Assembly (NCBI GenBank): GCA_013265495.1
Contig: MU057724.1
Span: 496,001-560,000, forward strand
DNA length: 64,000 nucleotides
DNA from: Vicugna vicugna
Lineage: Eukaryota
Direction: 5' to 3'
Below the pieces are notes generated by a model. That model saw only the letters and a list, made by a program, of their open reading frames with translations. It did not search any database and was not told the origin of the DNA. Shown here piece after piece: positions 26,384 to 38,659 of this stretch (position 1 is the first letter of the stretch; each line of letters begins with the position of its first letter). Made by a program: the position numbers and the translations under genes.

Positions 26384-26615
26384 GATGACCACTTGATTTA
26401 ATCCCACCAGTTCAAGTCTTCTGAGCCCCTGTGGCTCGTGGCTGCGTTGTGAAGCTCCACACACAGACCCTGTGGAGATGACCAGCGTCCTCACGGGGAG
26501 GGGCGGCTCTGCTGGGTCAGGGCAGCCCCACGCCCCTCGCCTCTTACCTCGCTCCTGGAGCTGCAACCAGAGTGAAGAGACGCTGGCCTCCCTCAAGTGC
26601 TAAGTGTTGGACCTG

Positions 26616-26700
26616 TCCATCCACCCATCCATCCATCCGTCCATCCATCCAACAGTCCATCTTTGAACACGCATTTCTTGAGCATACGCTCACAGTCGGT
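26616..26700 (-). mobile_element. (TCCA)n tract plus probable L2 3' tail relic
   Basis: tccatccacccatccatccatccgtccatccatcca (26616-26651) followed by '...catttcttgagcat', like an antisense L2 end. Confidence 0.45.
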
Positions 26701-29515
26701 CACATTCAGTGCTTTTCCATGTAAGTGCAAGTTTTGAATTTAGAGTCACCAGCAATGCTTAGTGTAGAATCAGAAGCGGTTTTAGCAGAAGAGCAGAGTC
26801 AGTTACTAAAATTGTGTTTGAAAGCTCTCTTCCCCCTAGTGATGCTAATGTTGGGGGGTTTCCAAGTGGGAGGAGGTGGGTGTGAAGCAAGGGGAAGTGA
26901 CGACTGCAGGCGGTAAACGTGTGGGGGGCCCTCCCTGGGGCGGGTCTGTGCACCTGCAGCCTGTGAGGGAGGTGCTCCTGCAGCAGAGGGGCTGGTGACC
27001 CTCACCAGAGAGGGTGTTGGTGATGGAGGGCAGATGTAAGGAGCGATGTTCCTTCCCCCACGTGAAGAGACAGGAGGCGCTGGTGTGGCGCTCAGGAGGT
27101 GGCCTGAAGGGAAGTCTCAGACTAGTGAAAACGGAGTCAAAGAGGCCATCAGAGCTGGGGCCACAGCAGCATGTGGGGCGGCCAGCAGCCCAGCCCTATG
27201 TCCCCCCTACAGAGGCTGGTCGTTTCTCCAGGGAGGAGGGGCCCAGAGGCCAGGGGAGGCTGGACCTGGTTGGGGAGGGCTGGGAGGGGACCTGCGCAGG
27301 GGGTGCTCCAGGGACTGCCTGGAAGAGGCGCTCGCTCTGAGCCTGGGCCCAGTGCCCTCCTGACTGATGAGACTGGACCTTGCTGGGGGTGGGACAGCTT
27401 GTTCCCAGAGGAGGGGAGCCAGATGGAGGGGCTGGTGCACATTTTGTTCTGCGTGCGTGGTCAGTGCGGCAAGTCGGTGCTGCCCTCGGGCCGTGTGCGT
27501 GTGTTTCAGGAGAGGGTGCGTGGCTGGGACCCTTTGTGCTGACTTAGTCTGCTCCAGGCGCCGTATGAACAGCAGAACCGTAGCCTCCTGGTCTGGAGGC
27601 TGGACGACTGGAGTCTGGGGCTGCGTCCTCCCCGGTGGACGGGGCGGAGGAACTCTGGGTCTCTCTCACAAGAGCACTGGTCTCGTTCGTCAGGGACCGT
27701 CTGTACGTGACATACTGTTACACGTAATGCACACTAAGTATAGTGCACTAACCATGTGTGCGTGGTGTGCATAGGTGCACGTAAAATATATACAGTGTTT
27801 GGAAGGGAATGTGCGTGTCTCCAAGCAAAATGCATTTCTTTCTGTATAAATGAATGAAGGAGCTGTAACCCTGTGTGAGTAGGTGATGCTTACACAGAGC
27901 CCTGCAGGACAGACCCTGTGTGGGTGACTCGCACTCTGCTCTGTGCCTGGAAAGGATTTGTTTGGAGTGGAATTCATGAGTTCTTGTATTTGCATGAATT
28001 GCCAATGACTTAGTCTAATTTTTCTCAACCTTTACGAGTTTACATAAGTGCTTCAGTCTGATTACCTAATTCCTGCAGCTCCTCATTCCGGGGCCCGAGG
28101 CCACTCTGTACGGAGCACGTGAAGGACAGACCCTCAGACTGGGAGCCTGCCTCGTCCCACGACTGGGTGTGGACAGAGCTCAGGGGGCAGAAGCGGATCC
28201 CACCTCGGGGCTGCGACCCACCCAGAGGGCCCGGCTGAAGGGCCGAGATCTGGGCCAGACGGGGGGCAGGAGGGGGACCGTGCATGGGAGGCTGGCGGAG
28301 CAGAGCCCCCAGCAGATGGGTGGCAGGTGTGCTGGGGCCTGGCTCCCGAGGGGACAGACAGACCACAGGGATGGGTTCTCCAGAGGAGGGGTCTGCAGGG
28401 ACAGATGCACAATCTGTCCTGGGCGGCCAGCTTTCCAGCAGGTCAGACTCCTGACTGTTAGGAAATCGTGTTTCTTTCCTCTCACAGAGCCCTTTCGAGT
28501 TGATTTCCATCCGAGAGGGAATGAAGGCAGTTAACGGTGATTCGGTGAAACGTTTAACTTCACCTGTGGCAGCGGGGTCCTCCCTCCAGGGCTTCGTGCT
28601 GGTTGGGGTGTTTGACTCCTGTCCCTCTGCACACACGCAGTTCTGACCAGCCCATAGGTGTTTCCAGAACGAGACGTCTGCCTCTTTAATGTTAACTGGA
28701 TGACAGAAGCCTGGCTCGCCAGGGAATGTCACGTGGGGCCGGCTCGACCCTTTTCCGGCAGACAGGGAAGTGGGGGTGTGGAGTGGCCAGGAGGCGGAGG
28801 TCAGGTGGGCTCTCTGGGCTGGGGTCGGCCCTCTGCCGGTGCTGGGCGGGGCTGCATCGTGTGCTGGCTTTGTCACCGGCTGTGCAGGAGACGACGTGTG
28901 TGGCCCCCCCACGGGAAGCCTGTCCCGCCCCGGCCAGAGCCAGAGTGAGTAGAAGACTCCGCGTGGATGAAGAAAGCCCAGCTGCAGGGAAAAGCGTGAG
29001 CCCAGCGCTGCCACGGCTGACGGGGACCCGCCCTCCCGGGTGCGCGGGGAAGGGCCTCACCCTGTGCCTGGCCTGGGCCGCTGCCCTGGAGAGGGACCGA
29101 GCTTTGGCCGTCTGGGAGGGACAAGAGTGGGGGCTGCAGGGCGCAGGGCCGCTCTGGGCTCTGCAGGGTGGATGGGCTTCATTCACTTCGGCCCCCTCCC
29201 TCCTGCCTGCTCACCGTGGCTGGCAATTCCTTTGACTGGGGAAGAATTCTTCCAGAGGAGTCAGGTCCTGAGTCCTGGTGCTGCTTCTGGTGATTTATGA
29301 GGAACCTGCATTAGGATCTGACCTCCCCAGGGTTTTAAGTGTTAATGGAAAGATTTTATTCTCAACCTTCAAATGGTAAAACAGTCGCGAATTCTGCTTT
29401 GGGAAGCTTCTGGTTGTTAAGGATGAAGAGGAGATGTATTCAGCCCTGTTCTTTGTGAACCTCAGCTCTCACTCCTGTGGAGGAGGCAGCTGCACCCATG
29501 ACCCGACGCACCCGG

Positions 29516-29623
29516 CTCAGGCGTCGGGGCGCCCTCCGCGTGGCCAGGGATCTCAGGCGTCGGGGCGCCCTCCGCGTGGCCAGGGATCTCAGGCGTCGGG
29601 GCGCCCTCCGCGTGGTCAGGGAT
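29516..29623. repeat. Minisatellite, 3 x 36 bp, CpG-rich
   Basis: Unit CTCAGGCGTCGGGGCGCCCTCCGCGTGGCCAGGGAT at 29516, 29552 and 29588; the third copy has one C>T. Five CpG per unit. Confidence 0.95.
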
Positions 29624-30309
29624 CGGTTCCAGGTCTGGGAGGTGAGACAGTGCAGGCAGGAGGGGGAGTCTAGTTGAGTTTGCAGTCGGTGGAGTGAGGA
29701 CACGGCCCCACCCTGGGGAGTGTCAGTCCAGGGAGAAACCTGTGACTGTGTAACACTGTGAAAAGCTACCCACTTCTTTTCTCTTGGCTCTGAAATCTGT
29801 GTGGATTATGGAAAAAAGCACCAAATTTACAAAAAAAAAGATACTATGCATTTTTAGGGCTTTAATGATCTATGCTTTTTTTACGGATAAAAGAGTAAAA
29901 AACGTTCTGTTTTAGGGTGATCTCAGTTGGTTTCATAGTCTTAAATGAATTTTCCTAGTCTGAATGCAATTTGAAAGCATAGAGCTGTCTGTAAAGTCTT
30001 CCGGCCTCGCTCCTGAGGAGGTGACGTGGAACCGAGCGTGGTCCTGTCGACCGTGAAGCTCCCCGGGTCTCCTGTACGTGAGGGGCTGCCTGGGACACTG
30101 CAGATGGGGGGTGAAGACAGAGGAGTGGAGGGAAGTCATGGACTTGTGTTGAGTGGGTGTGGACTGGGTGGGGAGGGAGCTGTGCAGATGACACCCTAGA
30201 GCTGGGGTGCGGCGTGGAACTCCAGGGGGCGTTTGTAGGTGACGGCTTGGGTGGGAGAGTTACGCGGGGAGCCTGTGTGCCTTCATCGGTGTACTTAGGC
30301 CCTTTACGT

Positions 30310-31600
30310 TTAAAGTAATTACTAACGTGGTAGGACTTAGGTCTGTTATTTCTTCTCCCTGCTTCTCATTTCTTTTTATTTATTGCTTTCCTGTGTCTAA
30401 TTTGAACATCTGTTGGAATTCCGTTTTGATTTCTTTATGGCATTTTTGAGCATGTAACTCTGTACACAGTTTTTTCCGACTGTGGTGCTTGTTGCCATGT
30501 ACGTGCGTGACTCCACGGCTTATGGTGCTGGCAGTTTATCGCTTTTAATGAAGCACAGACCAACGTCAGTTCGGGTCCCCTTTCTCTCTCTGGTTTTTAA
30601 TTCAGTTGTCTTGAATATTTCCTCCACATACATTAGCGCCATATCAGAGTGTGTTACAAACTTTGCTTCAATCACAAAATATGATTGAAGTAACTCATCA
30701 GAGATTAGTCTACCATGTTCACTTTTATTTTCTCTCTCTCCATGGTTCCTCTTTTCCCTGAAATTTCCAACCTTCTTTTATTATCACTGTCTTTACGTTT
30801 GGAGAGAGCTTCATTTGGCCAGTCTCTCAGGACAGGTCTCCTGGTAAGAAATTATCTTCCTTTTCCTTTGTCTAAGAATTTCTTATTTCCTCTTCATGCT
30901 TCACGGATGGTTTACTCTTGTAAGATGCACGGTTGACAGTTTTTGCTCTCGGCCCTCGAAATTTCTTGGGCTACTTCTCCTGGCCACCTGGGTTTCAGGT
31001 GAGAGAGCTGCTGTCATAAATTCTTGTTTCTTTGTAAGTCATGTGTCATTTCTCTCCGGCTGTTTTAAAGATATATTTCTTTGTCTTTAGTTGTCAGAAA
31101 TTCTGTTTTGATGTGTTTGTGTGTATCCTTTGGGTTTATTATATTTAGGTTTCTCTCACTGTCTCAAATCTATAGTTTTATGTACTTTATCAAATTTGGG
31201 AAGTTTTTTGTTCCACACTCCTTTCTCCTCTCCTTTGTGACCTAATAATATGAATGCTGGATCTTTTATTATCCCACAGATTCCTGAGTGTTTGTGCATT
31301 TTTGAAGCCTATTTTCCGTCTTTGTTCAGACTGAGGGAGTTCCATTGAGTGAGTGTCTCTGAGTTCACTGAGTGCATTGTCTCCAATTCTCACCACTCAA
31401 CTACTGAGCCCACCAAGTAGTTTAAAATTTTGGATTCCTGTGTTTTTCTTTTCTGTAATTTCCATTTTATTCTTTTTTTGAAACTTCGTTTCTTTGTTGA
31501 GACGTTCTATTTTTGCATTTGTTTCAAGAGATCGTTTAGTGGGTTGTTCTGGCTCAGTGTAGCACGTGGCACTGACCTGCTAGTCCAGCATCAGGTCCGT
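30310..31600 (-). mobile_element. Ancient LINE-1 fragment (ORF1 / inter-ORF region), similar family to the 7.8-12.6 kb copy
   Basis: Minus ORF 31190-31396 (LSELRDTHSMELPQSEQRRKIGFKNAQTLRNLWDNKRSSIHIIRSQRRGER) matches the L1 ORF1 ISELED..E..QSEEQREK..KKNEQSLRDLWDNIKR.NI pattern. DNA parallels about 10310-11600. Confidence 0.85.
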
Positions 31601-32029
31601 CCTCGGAGCCTCTGCCGTGCTCCTCTGGTCTGGCTCTCCCTCCTGGCACCGCTGGAGCTCCCTGGCTGTCCCGCTGGTGCTGCCCTCGGGGGAGGACAGT
31701 GCTTGTCTGGGCTGCCTTGTGTGGCTGGGGCAGGAGCTGAGAGGCTGCGGCGTGGGGTCTCCTCGTGCAGTTGATGGAGAAGGGGGCGGCCCTGCAGGTG
31801 GCCTGCCCTACCTGCCAGGGACCCGGCTGGGGAGAGGAAGTTGGGTCCCAGGCCTCTAGCCGGAGAGAGATGTGAGAAATGGTTTTCATCCATGCCTTTT
31901 GCTGGTTCTGAGTTGCAGGCTTCTCCGGGGCCCTTCATCCGAGATGTGCAGCAGATGACAAGATGCCTGGGGAGCCACGTTGCTTTTCCTCGAGCCCCCC
32001 ATTCTCCAGTCCACCTCTTCCTGCTTTCC

Positions 32030-32540
32030 AGGCTTCTGAGTCCTCTTGTCACATTGTCTGTTTATAATTTCCAGGTTTATCTAGTTGCACTTAGAGGACA
32101 CAGCAGAGAAAAATGGGCTTACACTATCTTGTTCCAGACCCAGAAAGCTTAAGTGGATTTTGAAATGTGGAAATATCCTCTGCGTTTGCAACGAGGGGCC
32201 AGAATTTCTGCTGTAAGTATAGTTTGAGCTGAAAAAATGCGTCTCCCCAGCCATTTGTGTGGGAACGGAGATCAGACACCCAGAACAACACAGAGAGGGT
32301 GTAAAGCATCTCGGCACCACTTGTGGTTCCGACAGTGTCAGCTGTTGACGAAATGAATGACTTTACCATGTTAGAAGTGTCACACGGAAGCACAATTTTG
32401 TCTTGTAATTGTAAGTTGAATTTATTAAGAAGCGTTATCAAATCCAGCAAGAGCTAATTTCCAAAGTCATTCAGGTTGGATAATGGTGTTTGAGGGTAGT
32501 ACTTCCAAACATGAAGAACACAAGAACCTTTCTTAGCTTG
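32030..32540 (-). mobile_element. Decayed hAT-Charlie DNA transposon transposase fragment
   Basis: Minus strand reads E*LWKLALA/(frameshift)DLITLLNKFNLQLQDKIVLPCDTSNMVKSF...FFQLKLYLQQKFWPLVANAEDISTFQNP...LEIINRQCD. This matches the W..LAF..D....LN.LN..LQG / RF.D......F.NPF / LE.I.LQC motifs of Charlie, GTF2IRD2 and SCAND3-type transposases. Confidence 0.75.
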
Positions 32541-32779
32541 AGCCCCACAGAATCAGGCAGAGGGGGGCTTGAGTGTCAAAAGAAGGGTCGGCTTTCGAGG
32601 ACTGTCCCCCCACCTTACTTCCAGCGCCTCCGTGGCTTCTCTCATGTTGTTGTGTTCAGCGATTTCTCATTCAGAGCCGTCCGAGGCCCTCCCTGGTCCT
32701 AGTTTAGCTCAGGGAGGTGAAATCATGCCCACGGCTGCGCTGAGAAGGGCTTCCTCACAGAAGGGGCTCTGTGGTGGGA

Positions 32780-33032
32780 GCTGAGTTCTCGCGGAGTCGC
32801 CCTCCCCCACCCCACGGTCATGTGACCACGGATGGGCCCTCAAACTGCAGACTCCCGCTGCTCAGGTCGGAGGCCAGAGCCCAGATCAAGGTCCGGGCCG
32901 AGCAGGTTCTTGGGGACCCTCACAAGGCCCCCAACCCTATCGGGTTAGGGCCCCACTCTCGTGCTCCGTCTACAGTCTCCCTGGGGTCAGGGCTTCAACA
33001 CGTGGGTTTGCGGGACACTGTTCAGGTCATAA
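32780..33032 (-). mobile_element. MaLR LTR (MLT1-type) relic
   Basis: 'ggaggccagagcccagatcaaggtccgggc', 'gggttagggccccac' and 'tcagggcttcaacacgtgggtttgcgggacactgttcaggtcataa' match antisense MLT1 landmarks in the expected order. Confidence 0.65.
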
Positions 33033-35174
33033 TGGTCACCTCAACTCCAGGTTGAGTGTGTTTAGAGTAACAGAATCTTCCCAGAAGAGCAAACGGGGGT
33101 CACAGGGGTGATGTAGGCACCAAGGAGCCGCTCGTGGGCGTCTGATCCGCCACAGGTTAGCAAGCCACAGTGAGCCGTCGGCTGCCCAGCTCCTCTGGGC
33201 CCCACCCCCTTCCCTCTCCTGTCAAGGCTCCTTCATGCCCATCCTGAGCTCAGTGCTGGAGGAGAGCCTGGGATTGTCAGAGGAGCCCCTGTGTGGTCTC
33301 CTGGGAGGGGAGTCTGGCTTGGGGAGGCCGGGAGCCGAGGCAGAGGCCGCGGTGCAGGGAGGTGCAGACCCAGGCACATGGGACTGGGTGTGATTTGAGG
33401 CGTAGGAGGGTTTATCCAGAAATCCTCCCCTCAGACCAGGCATTCCTTTAACAAGACACAAACCTTCATTTAATGATAGGAGATAAAAATCTGAAAATGC
33501 AAATGCTTGGAAAATTACTGCACTGGCTTGAAGAGGTCTTGAGTTCCAGGTAAATGTGTTGCTTTACCTGAGAGAGAAGTCAGGAGGTGGGAAGCCTGTG
33601 GAGGTAGAAGGGCAGGAGATGCCTCCCAGGAGGGGAGGAGGGGAGGAGGGGCCTGGGCCCCGGGCCCCAGCTGAGTCCTTTTCTGCCCGGCCCCCGCTCT
33701 TCTGGATCTGCCTGGGACTTTGGTCATGGGATCTGGGGCCCCCGTGACCCGGGTCACAGCCAGTTTGGCCTCTGCCGGAGGAGGCTCTGGGAAGAGTGAC
33801 TGGACAGGAAAAGAGGAGCTGTGTTAAGAAGTGGGTTTGGGCGACACCCGGGCATCGTGTGCAGAGCGATTACTGGAAGCTCTGGGTGGAGTCTGAGGCT
33901 TGAGGCCAAAGGTGGAGCGAGCAACTCTGCCACCCAAGTGGAGCGATGCTTGCTGAGAAATGGTGGTTTCCGGGCCTGTCGGGGAGACAGTGGGGCTGGG
34001 GAACGCCTGCCCTCGCCCTGAGCACCTGCCCCCGCCCTGGACACCCTGCGCCGGACACACCGGGGATGTGGAGGGCAGGGGCCACATTGTAAGTTTCTAG
34101 GAAACTTCTAGGAAGCCCAAGAAACAGACAGAGCAGCTCCCCGTCCACACTGCACTAAACAGGCCCCCTCTGGACAACACAGTCACTGGCTTCAGGGTTA
34201 GGCTGATTACCGGGGGGCAGCTCACCCAGAAAGAAACTGGAGGCAGGTGGTTCATGCTGAGTCATGCTTTTTTCTCAGACAATATGTAACGTCAAAGGAA
34301 GGAGAGGGAAAACAGGCCCAGATTCGTCTGATGTAGCGCTGTCTCTCGTTGTGATTGCTTCGTTTCCTGGTCTCACGTGGGAGGTGGTTCTCTTCTGGGA
34401 CAGGATGCGGAGTGCTGCCCGTGAGGGCACTTTCAGGGCGGAACGCTGGTCGCCCTGGACAGCTGCACTCCTCTCAGCGTGCAGAGAAACGGGCGTTTCC
34501 CATAAGGTGTAGATTAACAAGTAAACACCATACCCACGTGTGTATGATGCAAAGTGCATTGAGTATCTCATGTCTGACAGAGGACTTTGCGCGTCAGAGA
34601 GCGGTGGAGGGAGGTGCCCACAGCAAACTGTCGTTCGGAGTGGGGGCCTCCATCCTGGCCCAGGCCTGGGCGGCCCTCCTCCTCTTGGCCCTGTTCTCAG
34701 TGGGCGGACAGGGCGGAGGTCACTCAGTCACAGGAAACTGGTGGCTCCATCCACGCAGACCTCGAGTAGTTAGGCTGTGCGTGGATGTGGGACAACAGGC
34801 CCTGGAGGGGCGGGTGTGTGATCTCCGAGGAGGCCCTCATCCCCCAGGTCTCCCACTCCTGCCACTTGTTGCTGTCCCCAGCAGTGTCCTGTTGGAGCTG
34901 AGGTGGCACGCGGGGTGGGTTCCCACGGAGCAGGGCTGTGACTGGGCCGTGGCTGGTTCCTGAGGAAACGCACAAGTAACCGCTTCCACCTGCTTGCTGT
35001 TGCTGGATTTCCGCCCCACGGGTGCCGCCCGCCCCACAGGACGCGCTCAGACTCCTCAGGGAACCTCCCCGCCCCTCTGCACGTGTGGGTTTTCGTGGCT
35101 ACTGCTGTCGAGGCCAGATCATCCAACTCCCACGTCAGAGAGAGACAGTGGCAGACCCCTACCCTGCACTCACC

Positions 35175-35285
35175 ACAAGCCACTTTCTGTTCCAAACGCT
35201 TTCCAACCGTTCACGCGTTTCACATGCACAAAACTACGAGCCACTGTCACCCTCTTTTTACAGTTACGGCAGATGAAGCGTGGAG
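35175..35285 (-). mobile_element. MIR relic
   Basis: 'ctgttccaaacgcttt...cacaaaactacgag...ccctctttttacagttacggcagatgaagc' follows the antisense MIR layout. Confidence 0.4.
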
Positions 35286-36623
35286 AGGCCCCACCGTGGG
35301 TGGGAGCCAAGGAGGAGCAGCCAGGTGCAGGGCAGCCCCTCTCCTGGGCTCACGTCGGGGTGAGCTGCTCCAGGAGGCCAGAGTGATCCGGGGAACTCTG
35401 CAAATCCACTTGGGCTTCCCACTTGGAGCCTGACTTAGCTGGTCATGGACTCTCTCCACCTGCATGTTTCCCGCAGCACGATCTGGGCGCACTGTGGGTT
35501 TCTGTGAACGTGTGTGTGGACAGCCTGGTGGAGGCCTGGACACCAGAGGCTCAGACGAACCCGAGTCTGCATGTGGGTGACAAGTCACAGGCGGGTGAGA
35601 GCAGCCAGCAATTTTACCAGATACGGAGAGTTTTGACGGTGGTAGGTGACTAATTTTAGGGAAATTCATTGTAATTTAACAGGATAACTTCTGACTGGAA
35701 GACAGATTTCTTCCGAAGCTCACGGTTCCACGTGTGTCACTCGCCTGGTTGCTGAGTCCCCGTGGTCACAGGCCATCCTGGTGGGAGACACCCTCACTTC
35801 AGTGCGCTCCCTCCTGGTGGGGCTGTGGCCTCGGAACCTCGTAGATCAGGTCCCTCACCGAGGGTCAGAGTCGGATTCACACACTTTGTGCAAAGGGCAG
35901 CCCCTCGTCACTTTGCGGACAACGTTCCGACCGGTCCGAGGTGGCCTAGTGTCCCTGGCGGGCGAGGGTCCTTGCTCCCCTGGGCCAGAGCTCCAGAGGG
36001 CATTTAGTATAAATCCCTGCACGTTCCCAAAGCTCACATTTTTCTAACATCAGAGCTGAACCAAAAGGCAGAGTCCCGGGGTAGCCACTCCCCAGATGAC
36101 TCTCCCCTTCTGGGCGTCCTCTCGAGCTAAGGGTTAAGCACACAGGGAGGGGCTGCTAGACTTGGCGTCTGTGCTTGGTGGGAACTATTAAATTACCGCT
36201 GGATGTCTTTGATTACCGGGCTCATCGGGGCCTCTGCGCTGGCCTGGGAGCCACATGTGCCCCGCCCGCCGCGCCTGCCGGTGGGCCCCTCCGAGGCACC
36301 GGGACGCTGGGACGGAGCTGGTCCTGGCACGGGGAGAGGAAACAGCAGTAAAACCCCAAGCCGAGCGGCTTCCTGGAGCCAGGACGCTGGGGTTGGCTTA
36401 ACTGCTCCAAAATGAAAAAGATTCGGGGGTTTTCAAGGAGTCCCAGGGGTGCGTTTGCCAGGCCTCAAATATGAGGTTGAATTACAGCCTCTAGCACCGC
36501 CCTCCCCGCCTCCCATTTCTTCTGGCGATTCGTCTGCTTCCTCCAGGCCGGGCGGAGGGAGGTCAGTGTGAGCCCGCGGCCCCGGCCTCACCGCCACATG
36601 AGGGCGCTCGCGGGGCCCCTTGC

Positions 36624-36659
36624 CGGGCAGCGGGCAGCGGGCAGCGGGCAGCGGGCACC
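36624..36659. repeat. (GGGCAGC)n heptamer repeat, about 5 copies
   Basis: cgggcagcgggcagcgggcagcgggcagcgggcacc. Confidence 0.9.
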
Positions 36660-37758
36660 GCCTGGCCTGGGCTGGGAGCAGAGTGCATCAGGGGCCGGGG
36701 CTCCGAGGCTGCCCCGGGGGACGTGTCTGTTCTCTGGGGCAGAGGCCACGTCTTTTATCAGCGTCTCAGAGCCTTAAAAAAACAGCAGCACTAGTAGAGA
36801 AGACAAAAGTTCAGTAACGCACTTGGGGATTTTCTTCGGGGAGAGGAGGATTTCAGGGAGTGCCTGATGGAAGAGTGGGAGGGAGGGCGGGGCGGCTGCG
36901 GGCCGGGGGCCAGGGTGTGGGAGCCGTCCCCCTGCGGAGGGGGGAGGAAGCCCTGGCTGGCCTCACCAGGGGACACTGGCTGAAGTCAGTGCAAGGCAGT
37001 GTTGGGGTGCACAGAGCACGGGGGGCAGGAGGGCTCACACTCGGGGGGCCCAGCTGACACCTCGCTCACCCTGCAAACCTGCAGGTTCCTTTGCTGCTTC
37101 GTGGACAGACGTCCTGGGTTGTTCCGGGAGACACAGGCCTCCGTGGGGGGCAGGCACCAAAAGGTGCTCTCCTCCTGGGTGATGGAAACTCAAAACAGTC
37201 ACAGCATTTGTAGAAAAAAGGAGCACTGAGGTGTGTTCTGATGAAATCGGCAAGCAAAGTGGTGGCAGACAGAATGGCGGTGACGTGCTGTGACATCGGG
37301 GCGTGCTAGAGGGCGGCAAGGGCCCGCAGTCAGGAAAACCAGACGTCCGTCAGTGGGAGCGGGGAGGTTCTGCGTGTTCCCTTCCCAGTTCCTGGAGCGT
37401 GCAGCTTGGCGCGGGCTGCACTGGGACCCGGGTCTTTCCCACGCACACCGATGACCAAGCTCTCGGGTCTTCTGCGGCAGGAGAGTCACCCGTGCTTGAG
37501 GCTGGGGCCTTGCTAACAGTCTGGTCTCAGGCTCGCCCCTCTGCTCCCTTGGCGTCTGTGCTGTCCTGCCTGGCCTCCTGGGCTCCACTCGTGTGTAACA
37601 CAGGCCACAGTTCTTCCTAACGTGGTCCTTGGGTTTCGTTGGTGGTGAAGGGTGTCACTGTGGTGGCACCAAGTGTTCCAGGAGGGGCCCCCATTCTTCT
37701 GCGCAGAAACAGGACACTGGGAACAGCAGCTCCAGCTCCAGGAGTGGGGAGAGCACTT

Positions 37759-37817
37759 GTGTGACGGCAGGATGACCGGGGCACAGGGGGTGTGACGGCA
37801 GGGTGACCGGGCACAGG
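37759..37817. repeat. Tandem duplication, about 31-bp period, 2 copies
   Basis: gtgtgacggcaggatgaccggggcacagggg / gtgtgacggcagggtgaccgggcacagg. Confidence 0.8.
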
Positions 37818-38659
37818 AGGACCCTTCCCTGACTTCCTTTGCTCCTTGGAGCCCTTGGAGAGATGGACAGTCCGACACCTTGTTCCCAGCTGTGTCACGT
37901 GGGAGGAGGCCACACGTGTCGGGACACGGCCTCACTCCTGCCCACACGGCGAGAAAGGGTCTCCCATGTCCACGCCCTTCAGCGGGACGGGGGACAGAGC
38001 CCTGGGGGGACACTCGCTTCTGGGGGCTTGCTGTGGGCCCTTCACATACGACGTGGATACAAACACAGACCTTCCTAGAGGAGAACGGTCGTTCTTTTAA
38101 AGCCCGGCGCGGTCAGTCAGCGCTAGCAGTGGGGACGGCGAAGCCCCGGGACGGACGGATGACCGAGGGTTCTTTCTCGTCTAAGTCCCAAGGGGGCGTC
38201 CCTGCTGGAGGGGGCCGTCCTCGGAGCCACACGTCAGACACCTGGCCCCTCTCCTGGGGGCCCGCCGTTTCCCACTCCTTTAAGGCGCTTTGGCCACTAT
38301 GGTGAGATCGACTCAAAGTTTGGTGAAAATGGCATTTTAGAGCAGGAGTCACCACAGTAGCAAGTAGTCCAGACTCCATTTTTGATTGATTAACAGAGAC
38401 TCAAGGAGTCTGAGGGCTTGACGAAGGTCTCAAGAGTAGGCCATAGAAAAATCAGCTTGTCGAAGCAGGAGGCTCGGTGGAAAAATAATCCTCTCGGATA
38501 CAACTTAGAAATAAAATCCTCAGGCCTCTCTTGAAACAACCCAGTTTGTACATTTGGTTCTGCAGATGCTGGTGAAAATGTGCCGAATAGGCCAGAATAG
38601 AGATAAGACTTTTCCCTTCTTCAGTAAACCAAGAAACGAAGACGCACAAAGTCCAATTA

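Noticed and set aside
29516-29623. Direct repeats as a CRISPR-like array or 12-aa coding repeat
   Set aside because: Units are contiguous with no spacers, the context is mammalian, and the reading frames are short and unsupported.
15257-31800. Isolated CTCF-like matches near 15260, 30225 and 31790
   Set aside because: Each has mismatches at informative positions, and such matches are frequent in GC-rich DNA. They cannot be supported without PWM scoring.
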